NCBI GenBank assembly: GCA_035627595.1
Contig: DASPLK010000002.1
Span: forward strand, 160,481-224,480
Direction of reading: 5' to 3'
Length of the DNA stretch: 64,000 nt
DNA from: Minisyncoccota bacterium
Lineage (GTDB): Bacteria; Patescibacteriota; Minisyncoccia; Phycocordibacterales; Phycocordibacteraceae
In this document: positions 1 through 9,321 of the stretch, piece after piece
How positions within the stretch are numbered: position 1 is the first letter of the stretch
Layout: the number at the start of each line of letters is the position of its first letter
Notes under the pieces: model-generated
The model's database searches: none
What the model was told of the DNA's origin: nothing
What the model saw: the letters and a program-made list of their open reading frames with translations, nothing else
Made by a program: the position numbers and the translations under genes

Positions 1-364
1 TTGCAATTGAGACCTGGCCTGGAAGCTGGAAGTCAGCTGCCGTTACCTCCTTAGGTCCCTTCACCGAAAGGCGAATGGTCTGCGGTTCGTCGCCGACGAG
101 ATCGAAGTGGACGCGCTTCAAGTTAAGAAGCACTTCCATAACGGACTCGCGTACGCCCTCGATGGTTGCAAACTCATGCTGCACATCCTCAATCTTCACC
201 GAAGTGATAGCTGCGCCCGGAAGGGACGAGAGGATAATGCGGCGGAGGCTGTTTCCAAGCGTGTGACCGTACCCTGGGTACAGGGAATCAATTTCGTAGG
301 TGCCCTGTGACTCCTGTTCGGAGACAACGCGGGGCTTTGAGGGCAATGTGATGTGGTATTCCAT
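1..364 (-). CDS. rpoA: RNA polymerase alpha subunit, N-terminal part (runs off window)
   Basis: Manual translation MEYHITLPSKPRVV...YPGYGHTLGNSLRRIILSSLPGAA...HEFATIEGVRE; follows rpsD; absent from ORF track. Confidence 0.96.
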   Translation of the reverse strand, partial: MEYHITLPSKPRVVSEQESQGTYEIDSLYPGYGHTLGNSLRRIILSSLPGAAITSVKIEDVQHEFATIEGVRESVMEVLLNLKRVHFDLVGDEPQTIRLSVKGPKEVTAADFQLPGQVSIA

Positions 365-387
365 AACTCAATCTTCGTTACCAGCTA

Positions 388-1008
388 TTAACGGCTATAG
401 AACGAGAGCACGGCACGGAGGTCACCCGCAGGTGCAGCCGAATCCTCTGTTGGTACTTCCTGTACACCACCCTCCATGGATTTCGGATTAAACGAAAGCC
501 ATGACGGAAGGGGGCGCTCCATGAAGCGTGCCTCGAACCCTTCGAAGTACGCGCGGCCCTTAGAGCCCTCGCGAACGCCGATCCTATCCTTTCCGACGAA
601 AATGCGACGGGACGGGATAGTAGTCTTGCGACCGTTGACCGTGATGTGGCCGTGCGAGACCATCTGACGCGCTGCGCGACGGGTCGGGGCAAGGCCCATA
701 CGGTAAATAACGTTATCAAGACGAAGCTCAAGCGCGCGATGAAGCACGTGCGCCGGAACCGCACCATGACTTCCCATCGCCTCCTTCACATAGGAAGCGA
801 ACTGCTTCTCCGAGATGCCGTACGTCATGCGTACCTTCTGCTTCTCGAGGAGCTGCTTGCCGAACTCGGTCGGTCCACGGCCACGGCGGCCGCGAGAACG
901 GTTCATATCCCTGCGCTCCTGCGCGACTGCAAACTTCTGGCTCATCGTCTTCTCGAAGACGGATGGGCCGAGTCGGCGGGCGATCTTGTACTTAGGTCCT
1001 ATTTTCAT
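388..1008 (-). CDS. rpsD: 30S ribosomal protein S4
   Basis: QLLEKQKVRMTYG, LELRLDNVIYRMG, ARQMVSHGHITVNG; alpha operon order. Confidence 0.97.
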   Translation of the reverse strand: MKIGPKYKIARRLGPSVFEKTMSQKFAVAQERRDMNRSRGRRGRGPTEFGKQLLEKQKVRMTYGISEKQFASYVKEAMGSHGAVPAHVLHRALELRLDNVIYRMGLAPTRRAARQMVSHGHITVNGRKTTIPSRRIFVGKDRIGVREGSKGRAYFEGFEARFMERPLPSWLSFNPKSMEGGVQEVPTEDSAAPAGDLRAVLSFYSR

Positions 1009-1028
1009 ATTCGTTGCATTACCGGCGA

Positions 1029-1463
1029 TTAGACGCGGCGGGGCTTAGGCGGGCGTGGGCCGTTGTGCGGAACCGGGGTCGCATCCTTAATCGCACGGAT
1101 AGCGATGCCCTTGCCGGCAAACGCGCGAAGTGCGGACTCACGTCCTGCACCAACGCCACGGATAATGACGGATGCCTCCTTGAGGCCAATGATAGCGGCC
1201 TTCTCGCCAAGGAGTTCACCTACCTTTGCGGCTGCATACGGAGTGCTCTTGCGAGCGCCAGAGAAACCAAGTGCTCCTGCAGAGGAGGACATGACGGCGT
1301 TGCCCTTCTCATCAGTAAGGACAGCCTTAGTGTTGTTGAAGGTAGCCTCCACGTGAAGGATGCCACGCTCAATGCGCTTCTTAGAAGCCTTCGAAAGCGC
1401 GCGCTCCTTGCGGCCCTGATCGAGACCCTTTCCTGACTTTTTGATGATTCGTTTCTTTCCCAT
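1029..1463 (-). CDS. rpsK: 30S ribosomal protein S11
   Basis: ATFNNT, GFSGARKSTPYAA, DATPVPHNGPRPPKPRRV. Confidence 0.98.
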   Translation of the reverse strand: MGKKRIIKKSGKGLDQGRKERALSKASKKRIERGILHVEATFNNTKAVLTDEKGNAVMSSSAGALGFSGARKSTPYAAAKVGELLGEKAAIIGLKEASVIIRGVGAGRESALRAFAGKGIAIRAIKDATPVPHNGPRPPKPRRV

Positions 1464-1488
1464 ACGTAATTAGATTAGATAGTCAGGA

Positions 1489-1869
1489 CTAGGTCTTCTC
1501 AAGGGTACGGCGACCGCTACCCATCGTCTTACGGGTGTTTCCACGGACGGTGCGGGAGTTGGTCTTCGTGCGCTGACCCTTAACCGGAAGACGGCGCTCA
1601 TGACGAATACCACGCTCGGCGCGGATGTCCTTAAGGCGCTTTATGTTCTGCGACACTTCGCGGCGGAGTTCACCCTCGATGGTGTACGCCTCAGCAAGAG
1701 TACGGATAGCCTGCTCCTGTTCAGGAGAAAGGTCCGAGCCCTTAGTAGTCGGGTCGATCTTAGCTTCTTTCAAAATATCTAGGGCACGGGTAGGACCAAT
1801 GCCGTAGATCATAGGTAGCGAGTACGCTAGCTGCTTGTTATCAGGAATCGTAACACCAGAGATACGCAT
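1489..1869 (-). CDS. rpsM: 30S ribosomal protein S13
   Basis: MRISGV, IYGIG, RGIRHERRLPVKGQRTKTNSRT. Confidence 0.98.
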   Translation of the reverse strand: MRISGVTIPDNKQLAYSLPMIYGIGPTRALDILKEAKIDPTTKGSDLSPEQEQAIRTLAEAYTIEGELRREVSQNIKRLKDIRAERGIRHERRLPVKGQRTKTNSRTVRGNTRKTMGSGRRTLEKT

Positions 1870-1918
1870 AAAAGATTAAGTTTTAATCCTTAAGTTTCCT
1901 TAAGAATGACAGAGCCTA

Positions 1919-2035
1919 TTAGCCCTGACGCGCCTTACGGCGAGGATTGCGCTTGTTAATGCGGTACAGCGTGCCACCACGGCGGACAATGATGTCGCCT
2001 GGCTGCTGAACCTTTACGGATGCGCGGACTTTCAT
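1919..2035 (-). CDS. rpmJ: 50S ribosomal protein L36, cysteine-free form (38 aa)
   Basis: Manual translation [38 protein letters not shown]; between infA and rpsM. Confidence 0.93.
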   Translation of the reverse strand: MKVRASVKVQQPGDIIVRRGGTLYRINKRNPRRKARQG

Positions 2036-2050
2036 TTGGTTGTGTAAGTT

Positions 2051-2269
2051 TTAGCTAAGACGCCTCACAATGCGCGCACGGCCACCATAGGGATCGGTCA
2101 CGAGTTCGACCTTATCACCAACGAGGACGCGGATGCGGTGCAATCGCATCTTCCCTGCAAGGTATGCAAGCAAGAGTTCACCGGATTCAAGACGAACGCG
2201 GAACAGCGAGTTAGGCAATACCTCTTCGACAGCGCCTGTCGCGTTTTCGTTCGTGTTTGATTCCGCCAT
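2051..2269 (-). CDS. infA: Translation initiation factor IF-1
   Basis: EVLPNSLFRV, AYLAGKMRLHRIRVLVGDKV; start trimmed to ATG 2269. Confidence 0.96.
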   Translation of the reverse strand: MAESNTNENATGAVEEVLPNSLFRVRLESGELLLAYLAGKMRLHRIRVLVGDKVELVTDPYGGRARIVRRLS

Positions 2270-2323
2270 GTGAAGCTTCGCTATAGTAACAAATAGCGGG
2301 AAGAGCGTCAACCAACGTCTGGC

Positions 2324-3604
2324 TTATTCTGTGGGTTCTGCAGCCTTAACCTCGACCGTGACCTTATCGGGGTCCTGTGGGAAGGTCTGGCTCCAGAACG
2401 GACGGAGTACCAGAAGGGCCTTATCGACCTCTGGGAAGCCAGAAAGTAGTACCTGGGCGCTCTCACGGCTCTTACCGGCGACTGCTCCAGCGATGCGAGC
2501 CTCATCTATGTCCCAGGTAATGGTGGCATTGCCAGCGAGGCTGAAGCCGTAGGTCTCGGCTGCGCCTGGAGCGCCTGAAATGGTCGGCGTGAGGGTGAGG
2601 TTGTCGGTAGAGGTGAGGCGCACCGGCTGGCCCGAATACGTACCAACCACCTGGTATGCGATCGCCTTAGCAAGTGCGTCATTAGGGAATACGACAGCAG
2701 TCATAATGCCGCGCATTTTTACATCAACGTTGTTCCCCTGCCCTGCTGTGTCTGGGAGTGGTTCGTAGGTAACGGTGGATGCGCCCGGAAGAAGGATGTA
2801 ACCCTCAGGCATTGCCTCCTGCATTGCTGTCTGAAGCTCGGTAGCAAGCGCTGCCTCAAGTCCTGCTGCCTGCGCTTCACGCGTAGTCTCAGAGACTGCT
2901 GGTCGGTTACCCGAGAAGCCGCCGGTCATGGCAGTAGTGCTCTTTGCGTAGACGAGGTCGAACGCACGGGAGCCCTCAAGGCCCGGCACGGTGAAATCAG
3001 ACGGGCCGATGTTGTAACGCTCGCCGCCTTCGTCTGCGTATACGGTCGCAGTAACGGAACCAGGCGCGTTCTCGGTACCCGCTGGAATGACAACAGATTC
3101 CCTGATGCGGAAGACAAGGCCTGCCGGAGTCTGGAAGCGCGTGTTCTTAATAAGCTCCTGTGGAGTGGTCTGTGCGTTGTAGATGGTGATAGTTCCCTGA
3201 GCCGGGTCGTTCGCGTCCTCGGTTGTCTCAGCGGGGACAGACTTAATGGCAGTCTTGTCGACGGTCACAACCTCGAACGGTAGCTCGCCAGTGGCACGCG
3301 TTGCTGAAAATTCGCCTGAGACATACGCCACGTTCGTGGTCGGAGTAATCTCAACCTTGGCGCCGGAGAATGCAAATAGGACACCTGCACTTATCGCCAC
3401 AACGAGGAGGGCGATGAGCGCAGTCCCGTACGGGAAACGGCGGCCGCCGCGGGGACGAGGAGCGGTGGGCCTTGAAGGAGGCGGAGTGAATGGCGGCGGG
3501 GTCGTAGTCTCTTCGGTACGTACAAAATGATCCTGGGACTCTGCTTGCTCCTGCATCTGGCGACGGCGCGACGGCGGGATGATGTCGTTTAATGTTCTTG
3601 GCAT
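2324..3604 (-). CDS. Single-pass membrane protein with baseplate-J-like beta domain
   Basis: Pro/Arg-rich N-terminus, TM helix, GTITIYN...TRF...V.IP...PGSV...YA..GERYNI pattern recalled from baseplate-J-like CPR proteins. Confidence 0.6.
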   Translation of the reverse strand: MPRTLNDIIPPSRRRQMQEQAESQDHFVRTEETTTPPPFTPPPSRPTAPRPRGGRRFPYGTALIALLVVAISAGVLFAFSGAKVEITPTTNVAYVSGEFSATRATGELPFEVVTVDKTAIKSVPAETTEDANDPAQGTITIYNAQTTPQELIKNTRFQTPAGLVFRIRESVVIPAGTENAPGSVTATVYADEGGERYNIGPSDFTVPGLEGSRAFDLVYAKSTTAMTGGFSGNRPAVSETTREAQAAGLEAALATELQTAMQEAMPEGYILLPGASTVTYEPLPDTAGQGNNVDVKMRGIMTAVVFPNDALAKAIAYQVVGTYSGQPVRLTSTDNLTLTPTISGAPGAAETYGFSLAGNATITWDIDEARIAGAVAGKSRESAQVLLSGFPEVDKALLVLRPFWSQTFPQDPDKVTVEVKAAEPTE

Positions 3605-3687
3605 AGGAACCTCGTTTCCTAAAGGATAATGGGGTTCAGTATACCACTGGGCACATTTGGGTAGAGTCGGCGTGGGTATAGCAATGG

Positions 3688-3719
3688 AAAAGGCCCCGTT
3701 CCTTGCGGAACGGGGCCTT
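3688..3719 (-). terminator. Intrinsic terminator of the 3726-4118 gene
   Basis: 13-bp stem aaggccccgttcc/ggaacggggcctt, GCAA loop and U-run on minus strand. Confidence 0.8.
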
Positions 3720-3725
3720 GGAGGC

Positions 3726-4118
3726 CTAGGCCTCGGCTTCCCTGCGCACGACGCGCCAGGGGAACCAGTCGCAGACCAGAGCGGTGGCGATCGTGATCGG
3801 CAGGCAAAACAGAAGGAGCGCGAGGAAGAGCTCGACGATCTCCGACATGTCCTGAGTGAACAGCATGTCGAATCCGATCAGGCCACCGATCAGGCCGACA
3901 GATATGCCGACCAAAGCCCATGTGGATCTGACAGCTCCGTACGTACGGGAGAAGAACAGGACCCAGCAGTTGAAGATCGCCAGGAAGCCCAAAGCGATCA
4001 CGCCGAATGATGGCACGATCACCGAGTAACCTGTCGTATTCAGGAGGACCATAAGCGGCTCAAGAAAGTACGCCAGGACCAGTGACGCGATCGCGGCGAG
4101 GAAAATGAACAAGCGCAT
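3726..4118 (-). CDS. Orphan multi-pass membrane protein (130 aa)
   Basis: About four hydrophobic segments; GGGAG upstream of ATG 4118; TTGACA-17-CAATAT promoter; own terminator. Confidence 0.75.
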   Translation of the reverse strand: MRLFIFLAAIASLVLAYFLEPLMVLLNTTGYSVIVPSFGVIALGFLAIFNCWVLFFSRTYGAVRSTWALVGISVGLIGGLIGFDMLFTQDMSEIVELFLALLLFCLPITIATALVCDWFPWRVVRREAEA

Positions 4119-4177
4119 TTCAAATCTCCCAATGGCTGTGTGGGAGATATTGCGTAAAAAACGAAGAGTTGTCAACT

Positions 4178-5305
4178 CTACAGTGACTGCTTGTTGGAGT
4201 AGAGCGCCATCATTGCTAAAAATAGGTCACCTTCCGCTGCACCCTTCGTCTTCACGTGCTGCGCTATGTGCTTCTCTGAAAGCGTAATGACTGTCAGTGG
4301 CTCATCGGAAAGCCAGAGAGAATGTACTTTCGGTGTATCTATAACCCGCTCAAGGAATCCGCGCGCCTGTTCGTCAGCAAGAAGGAATATCGTTCGCGGA
4401 AGCGCATGTCGCGTTGAAAATGATTTGAGTGCATCGGTAATGCCGCAAAGCCAATCCTCTTCCATCTTCCCTACAAGCTGTGCAAACCGTGCGTTGCGAC
4501 CAGTATCAATGACGCCCGCGCTTCCTTCGGTAATAGTGGTGTGACCGCGGGAAATAGCGTCCAGAAGTGCATTAGTGCCCTGCGGGACACTCGCCACATC
4601 GGCGAGAAGCCCTCGCTTCACGAAAGCAAGGTCGGTTGCCTCCCCCTCAACGTCAATAATAAGGAAATCCTTCTCGTGCGGATACATGTCGCGTATAACG
4701 GCGTATGAAAGAGGCGCGAATGCGGTGAGGGATACCTCATGGGCATGAAATACTTTTCGGAGGGCGCGTTCGATATTCTGTGCAATTGCTTCTTCAAGCG
4801 AGGAGGAAAGAATGACTAGATCAGCACGTTTCGTCCTTTTTCCAAACGGATCGTTCACCTCATATCCGTTTAAGATAGTGGCAATGACGGAGTTCTGACA
4901 ACGCGTGCGTCCTTTGGTGTCTATTTCGCACTTCCCCGCAATGTCGTCCAAAAGACTGTGTGTGAATGTAAACGGCTTCTCCTCTTCCTTGGAGCCAACA
5001 AGTATCTTCGTGTCCTGCCAGGGCGCCGCCACAGAAGCGACGACTGAATCGATATGCGCGCTCCCAGTCTCTTGCCGGAGTAAGGGTGCGCCATGCGTAA
5101 TAAGTATGTTTCCGAGCACCTCTAGTGCGCGCAGCATCGAAGTATCCGGCGCTTCGCCTTCACGAACCTCTATTGGTACGCGTGCGGTGTAGTAGATGGA
5201 TGGAGAAGAAAGTGCCTCGAAATGCGCGAATGCGCCTCCGACAGAACCGGAGCCGATATCGATAAGTGCGACCGAGCGTCGCTCAGGCTTCTTGAAAAGG
5301 CCCAT
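4178..5305 (-). CDS. FtsA/PilM-like actin-fold protein
   Basis: Phosphate-1 motif ALIDIGSGSVG and phosphate-2-like IIDVEGEATD. Confidence 0.7.
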   Translation of the reverse strand: MGLFKKPERRSVALIDIGSGSVGGAFAHFEALSSPSIYYTARVPIEVREGEAPDTSMLRALEVLGNILITHGAPLLRQETGSAHIDSVVASVAAPWQDTKILVGSKEEEKPFTFTHSLLDDIAGKCEIDTKGRTRCQNSVIATILNGYEVNDPFGKRTKRADLVILSSSLEEAIAQNIERALRKVFHAHEVSLTAFAPLSYAVIRDMYPHEKDFLIIDVEGEATDLAFVKRGLLADVASVPQGTNALLDAISRGHTTITEGSAGVIDTGRNARFAQLVGKMEEDWLCGITDALKSFSTRHALPRTIFLLADEQARGFLERVIDTPKVHSLWLSDEPLTVITLSEKHIAQHVKTKGAAEGDLFLAMMALYSNKQSL

Positions 5306-5326
5306 TGCAAAGAGTATACCCTAGCG

Positions 5327-7249
5327 CTATACGAGTATTCCCTTAATGCGTCGCACACCTGCGGACACTGCTTCTTCCTTCTGTATCTTGAATACTTTCT
5401 TCTTCTCACCTTCCCGGAGCTCAAGCGTATGCGCTGCGTGCGGGCCGCCGCAGAACTCTAGTGAGAATGTTTCAGCGAGCTTTGGATCCGCTTCAGTCGC
5501 ACCAATGGGTCCTATGGAGTACACCGTAACAGTGTCAGCGTACTTAACACCGAATTCCATCTGCGCACCAAGGCGTTCTGCCTCGGTCTTCGCCATGACG
5601 AGCCGGATAACTGGTAGGTCCTCATTAATCTTCTGGTTCACAAGGTCCTCTACCTCCGCTATCTCCTCAGGCGTCATTTTTCTATCGAACGAGAAGTCGA
5701 TACGGAGCCTTTCAGACGTAATATTGGAACCGCGCTGCTTAACCTCAGGGCCAAGCACGTTCTGAAGCGCTGCTAAGAGAAGATGATGCGCGGTGTGGTA
5801 TCTGACCGTTTGTTCTTGGTGGTCGGCGAGACCGCCTGCGAACTTCTGGGCGGCACCAGCGCGCGATTTATCCTGGTGCTCCTTCATCTTTTGATCGAAT
5901 GCTGCGCGGTCGAGCATAAGTCCGCGCTCCTTGGCGAGCTCCTCGGTTAGTTCTACGGGGAATCCGAATGAGGTGAATAGCACGAACGCCTGATCGCCTG
6001 ATACGTCTCCCTTTCTTGAGATCTTCTCGAACTCTTTCATGCCCTGCTGAAGAGTCTTTCGGAACTTCTCTTCTTCCTTGCCAATCTCCTCGCGTATGAA
6101 CGCAGCGTTCTCCGTAATGTGCGGGTACTGGTCGCCATAGTAGGAGGCAAAACCTTCGATTACCTCGACCAGAAGCGCTTCCTTGATGCCAAGTTTGTCC
6201 GCTTCGCGGATGGAGCGACGGATGAGACGGCGAAGCACGTATCCTGCCTCGGTATTGGACGGGCGAACACCTTCAGCGAGTATGAACGCAGCTGCACGCA
6301 TGTGATCCATAATGATACGGAACGAGCGGGTCGTCTCTTCATCCTCCCCGTATTTCTTCTGGGAGCGGTTCTCGATGATCGCGCGCGCAGGTGCAAACAC
6401 ATCTATAAGGAATACATCCGGGGTGCCCAGCGTCGCGAACACGAGACGCTCAAGGCCACCGCCAAAGTCGACGTTCTGCTTAGGCAAGGGTGCAAACGAG
6501 CCGTCTTCCTGCTTCAGGAACTGCATGAACACAGAGTTCGCGATTTCAACGAAACGCCCGCAGTCGCAATTCGGATGACAGTGTGCGCCCCACTTCGTGT
6601 CGTGCGGCAATCCAAAGTCGTAGAAGACTTCGGAATCCGGGCCGCCAGGTTCCCCCGCGGGCATGTTGCTCGGTACGCCCGCCCTACTCCACCAGTTCTT
6701 CTTTGCGTCATATGCAAAGATGCGCTCATTCTCCTGCATGCCCTTCTCGTACCCGGCCTCCTCGCTCCCTATATTTGAGAACTCGGCATCTACGCCCTTA
6801 CTCTTGAAAAGTTCCTTCCACATTTCAACAGCCTCCATGTCGGCATCCATTCCTGTTGATTCATCGCCGGCGAAGACGGTGACATAAAGCTTGGAGGGAT
6901 CGAGGTTGAGTCCCTCTGTAGAGGTGAGAAACTCGAACACCCACGGGAGCTGCTCCTTCTTGAAGTACTCGCCTAAGGACCAGTTGCCGAGCATCTCGAA
7001 GAACGTGGTGTGGCGGTTGTCTCCCACCTCCTCGATGTCGCCTGCTCTAAAGCATAGCTGCGAGTCCGTAAGGCGCGTGCCTTCTGGGTGCTCTTGCCCG
7101 AGGAGATACGGAATAAGAGGTTGCATGCCGCTTGAGGTGAAGAGCGTCGTCGGGTCGTTGCCCGGCACAATAGGAGCCGATGGTATCTCAGCATGGCCGC
7201 GCGCCTTATAGAATTCCAAAAATCGCCTGCGTACATCAGAAAGGGTCAT
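5327..7249 (-). CDS. alaS: Alanine--tRNA ligase, short form without C-Ala domain
   Basis: DPTTLFTSSGMQP, RHTTFFEMLGNWS, HTAHH and EFCGGPH editing motifs, ends at GVRRIKG; start 7249 favoured by -10-like hexamer, 7267 possible. Confidence 0.96.
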   Translation of the reverse strand: MTLSDVRRRFLEFYKARGHAEIPSAPIVPGNDPTTLFTSSGMQPLIPYLLGQEHPEGTRLTDSQLCFRAGDIEEVGDNRHTTFFEMLGNWSLGEYFKKEQLPWVFEFLTSTEGLNLDPSKLYVTVFAGDESTGMDADMEAVEMWKELFKSKGVDAEFSNIGSEEAGYEKGMQENERIFAYDAKKNWWSRAGVPSNMPAGEPGGPDSEVFYDFGLPHDTKWGAHCHPNCDCGRFVEIANSVFMQFLKQEDGSFAPLPKQNVDFGGGLERLVFATLGTPDVFLIDVFAPARAIIENRSQKKYGEDEETTRSFRIIMDHMRAAAFILAEGVRPSNTEAGYVLRRLIRRSIREADKLGIKEALLVEVIEGFASYYGDQYPHITENAAFIREEIGKEEEKFRKTLQQGMKEFEKISRKGDVSGDQAFVLFTSFGFPVELTEELAKERGLMLDRAAFDQKMKEHQDKSRAGAAQKFAGGLADHQEQTVRYHTAHHLLLAALQNVLGPEVKQRGSNITSERLRIDFSFDRKMTPEEIAEVEDLVNQKINEDLPVIRLVMAKTEAERLGAQMEFGVKYADTVTVYSIGPIGATEADPKLAETFSLEFCGGPHAAHTLELREGEKKKVFKIQKEEAVSAGVRRIKGILV

Positions 7250-7326
7250 AGATACTGACGATACCATGCAAATGCGTTGTATTTAAAGGTGCGCCTGCCC
7301 CGTCTACTCTGTATACTCAAAACACT

Positions 7327-9288
7327 ATGCCTAAACACTCATGGGGATTTGATACCAGTTTTATTGATACGAGCATTCGCCCACAGGACGACTTCTATCA
7401 TTACGCTATAGGCAACTGGCTAAAGTCTACTGAGATTCCCAAGGATGAGTCACGCTGGGGTTCGTTCATCATTCTCCGGCACAGGACAGATCTCCAGGTC
7501 AGGAAGCTCATCAATGAACTACTCGAAAAGAAGTCCCTTCCGCAGGGCTCTTCCGAGCAGCTCATCCGCGACCTGTATCTCTCGGGCGTGGACATAAAGC
7601 GCAGGAACGAACTTGATATCGCGCCACTTGAAAGCTGGCGTAAGCGCATACAGAGGGTGCGCACCGTAGAAGATCTCAAGAAGCTCATCTATGCGTTCCA
7701 TCTTGAAGGGATTAGCGGCCCCTGGGGCTATGCGGTCGATCAAGATATGAAAGATAGCGAGCGCTATGTCGTATATCTTTATCAGTCAGGTCTCGGCATG
7801 CCAGACCGTGACTACTATGTCTTAAATGGCGAGGAGCAAAAGCGTGTCCGAGAGGCGTACGTTCCGCATATAGAGCGTCTTCTGAAGCTCGCAGGCTACA
7901 GCAAGGGTGACGCAAGTGCAGCGGCTACGACCATCATGCGTATCGAGACACGGCTCGCCAAGGCTTCCATGACGCGTGAGGATGCTCGCGACAGCGAGAA
8001 AACGTACCACAAGCACACGCTTCCAATGCTCAAGAAGCTCGCCCCATCGTTCGACTGGCAGACATATTTCAAGACCATCAAGGCGGACGTGAAGGACGTG
8101 ATTGTCATGCAGCCGGACTTCCTGAAAGAAGTCGATCAAATGATGCATAGCGTCTCGCTTGAAGATTGGAAGACGTATCTTGATTTCCATGTCGTTAACG
8201 ATCATGCGGGGTATCTCTCAAGCAGATTTGTAAAGGAGAACTTCGCCTTCTACGGCACCGTCCTTTCAGGCACCAAGGTGATGAAGCCCCTCTGGCGTCG
8301 CATACTCAGTGTCGTTGACGGAACGCTCGGCGAGCCTCTCGGCCGTATATACGTAGAACGATACTTCCCACAGGAAGCCAAGGACAAGGTGAATGCCATA
8401 GTCGACGATCTCGTAGTCGCCTGTGAGGCACGTATCAAGCAATTGGAATGGATGAGCGGCGCGACTAAGAAAAAGGCGCTCGTGAAGCTCGCGCTTCTCC
8501 AGAGAAAGCTTGCGTATCCGGATAAGTGGCGCTCGTACAAGAGTCTGCGTATAGAAAAAGATGACTACCTTGGCAACCTCAATCGCATACATGCGCATGA
8601 GCACAATCGCGTAATGCGCCGACTCACTAAGCCTGTCGATCGGACGGAGTGGTTCATGAACCCGCACGAAGTGAATGCGTACTGCAACTTCACTATGAAC
8701 GAGATTGTTTTCCCTGCTGGCATTCTTCAGCACCCGTTCTTCGTCTATGGCGCAGACGATGCGGTTAACTACGGCGGCATGGGTGTTGTCATCGGGCATG
8801 AGATAACGCACCTCTTCGACAATCAGGGCGCCAAATATGATGCCAAGGGCAATCTCAAGAATTGGTGGCTGCCGGAAGACAAGAAACAGTTCGAGGCACG
8901 GGGCAAAGTGCTTGAGAAGCAGTTCGATGCCTACGACTACCACGGCCTTCCGGTCAAAGGAAAGCTCACGCTTGGCGAAAACATAGCTGACTTTGCGGGT
9001 CTTACCATTGCGTTTGAGGCATACCAGATGCAGCTTGCGCGCACGGGCAGGAAGGACTTCGACGGCTTTACGCCTGAGCAGCGCTTCTTCCTTGCGTACG
9101 CGCAAACGGAACATGAGATTGAGCGTCCGGAGGCTGCGAAGCTTCGCGTACTCACCAACGAGCACGCGCCCTCGATATGGCGCGTGAATGGTCCAGTGGT
9201 GAATATGCCTGAGTTCTACAAAGCGTGGGACGTGAAGAAGGGCGACAAGCTATACCTACCGCCTTCTAAACAAGCGAGGATTTGGTAA
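7327..9288 (+). CDS. M13 family (PepO/neprilysin-like) metallo-endopeptidase
   Basis: PQDDFY, VNAY, GHEITHLFD, GENIAD; no signal peptide. Confidence 0.95.
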   Translation: MPKHSWGFDTSFIDTSIRPQDDFYHYAIGNWLKSTEIPKDESRWGSFIILRHRTDLQVRKLINELLEKKSLPQGSSEQLIRDLYLSGVDIKRRNELDIAPLESWRKRIQRVRTVEDLKKLIYAFHLEGISGPWGYAVDQDMKDSERYVVYLYQSGLGMPDRDYYVLNGEEQKRVREAYVPHIERLLKLAGYSKGDASAAATTIMRIETRLAKASMTREDARDSEKTYHKHTLPMLKKLAPSFDWQTYFKTIKADVKDVIVMQPDFLKEVDQMMHSVSLEDWKTYLDFHVVNDHAGYLSSRFVKENFAFYGTVLSGTKVMKPLWRRILSVVDGTLGEPLGRIYVERYFPQEAKDKVNAIVDDLVVACEARIKQLEWMSGATKKKALVKLALLQRKLAYPDKWRSYKSLRIEKDDYLGNLNRIHAHEHNRVMRRLTKPVDRTEWFMNPHEVNAYCNFTMNEIVFPAGILQHPFFVYGADDAVNYGGMGVVIGHEITHLFDNQGAKYDAKGNLKNWWLPEDKKQFEARGKVLEKQFDAYDYHGLPVKGKLTLGENIADFAGLTIAFEAYQMQLARTGRKDFDGFTPEQRFFLAYAQTEHEIERPEAAKLRVLTNEHAPSIWRVNGPVVNMPEFYKAWDVKKGDKLYLPPSKQARIW

Positions 9289-9292
9289 CAGG

Positions 9293-9319
9293 AAAGGGCC
9301 GCGCATGCGCGGCCCTCTT
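9293..9319. terminator. Bidirectional terminator between convergent genes
   Basis: Palindrome agggccgcgc-at-gcgcggccct. Confidence 0.75.
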
Positions 9320-9321
9320 GT

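Noticed and set aside
2324-3604. Prophage or contractile tail remnant
   Set aside because: Membrane-anchored, among housekeeping genes, no other phage genes.
4123-4148. Hairpin sequestering the SD of the 3726-4118 gene
   Set aside because: The 5' arm overlaps the predicted -10 and start site, so it is probably not transcribed.
8266-9165. 299-aa antisense ORF; likewise 49079-49885, 6119-6778 and 42023-42682
   Set aside because: Shadow frames opposite well-supported genes, with no motifs.
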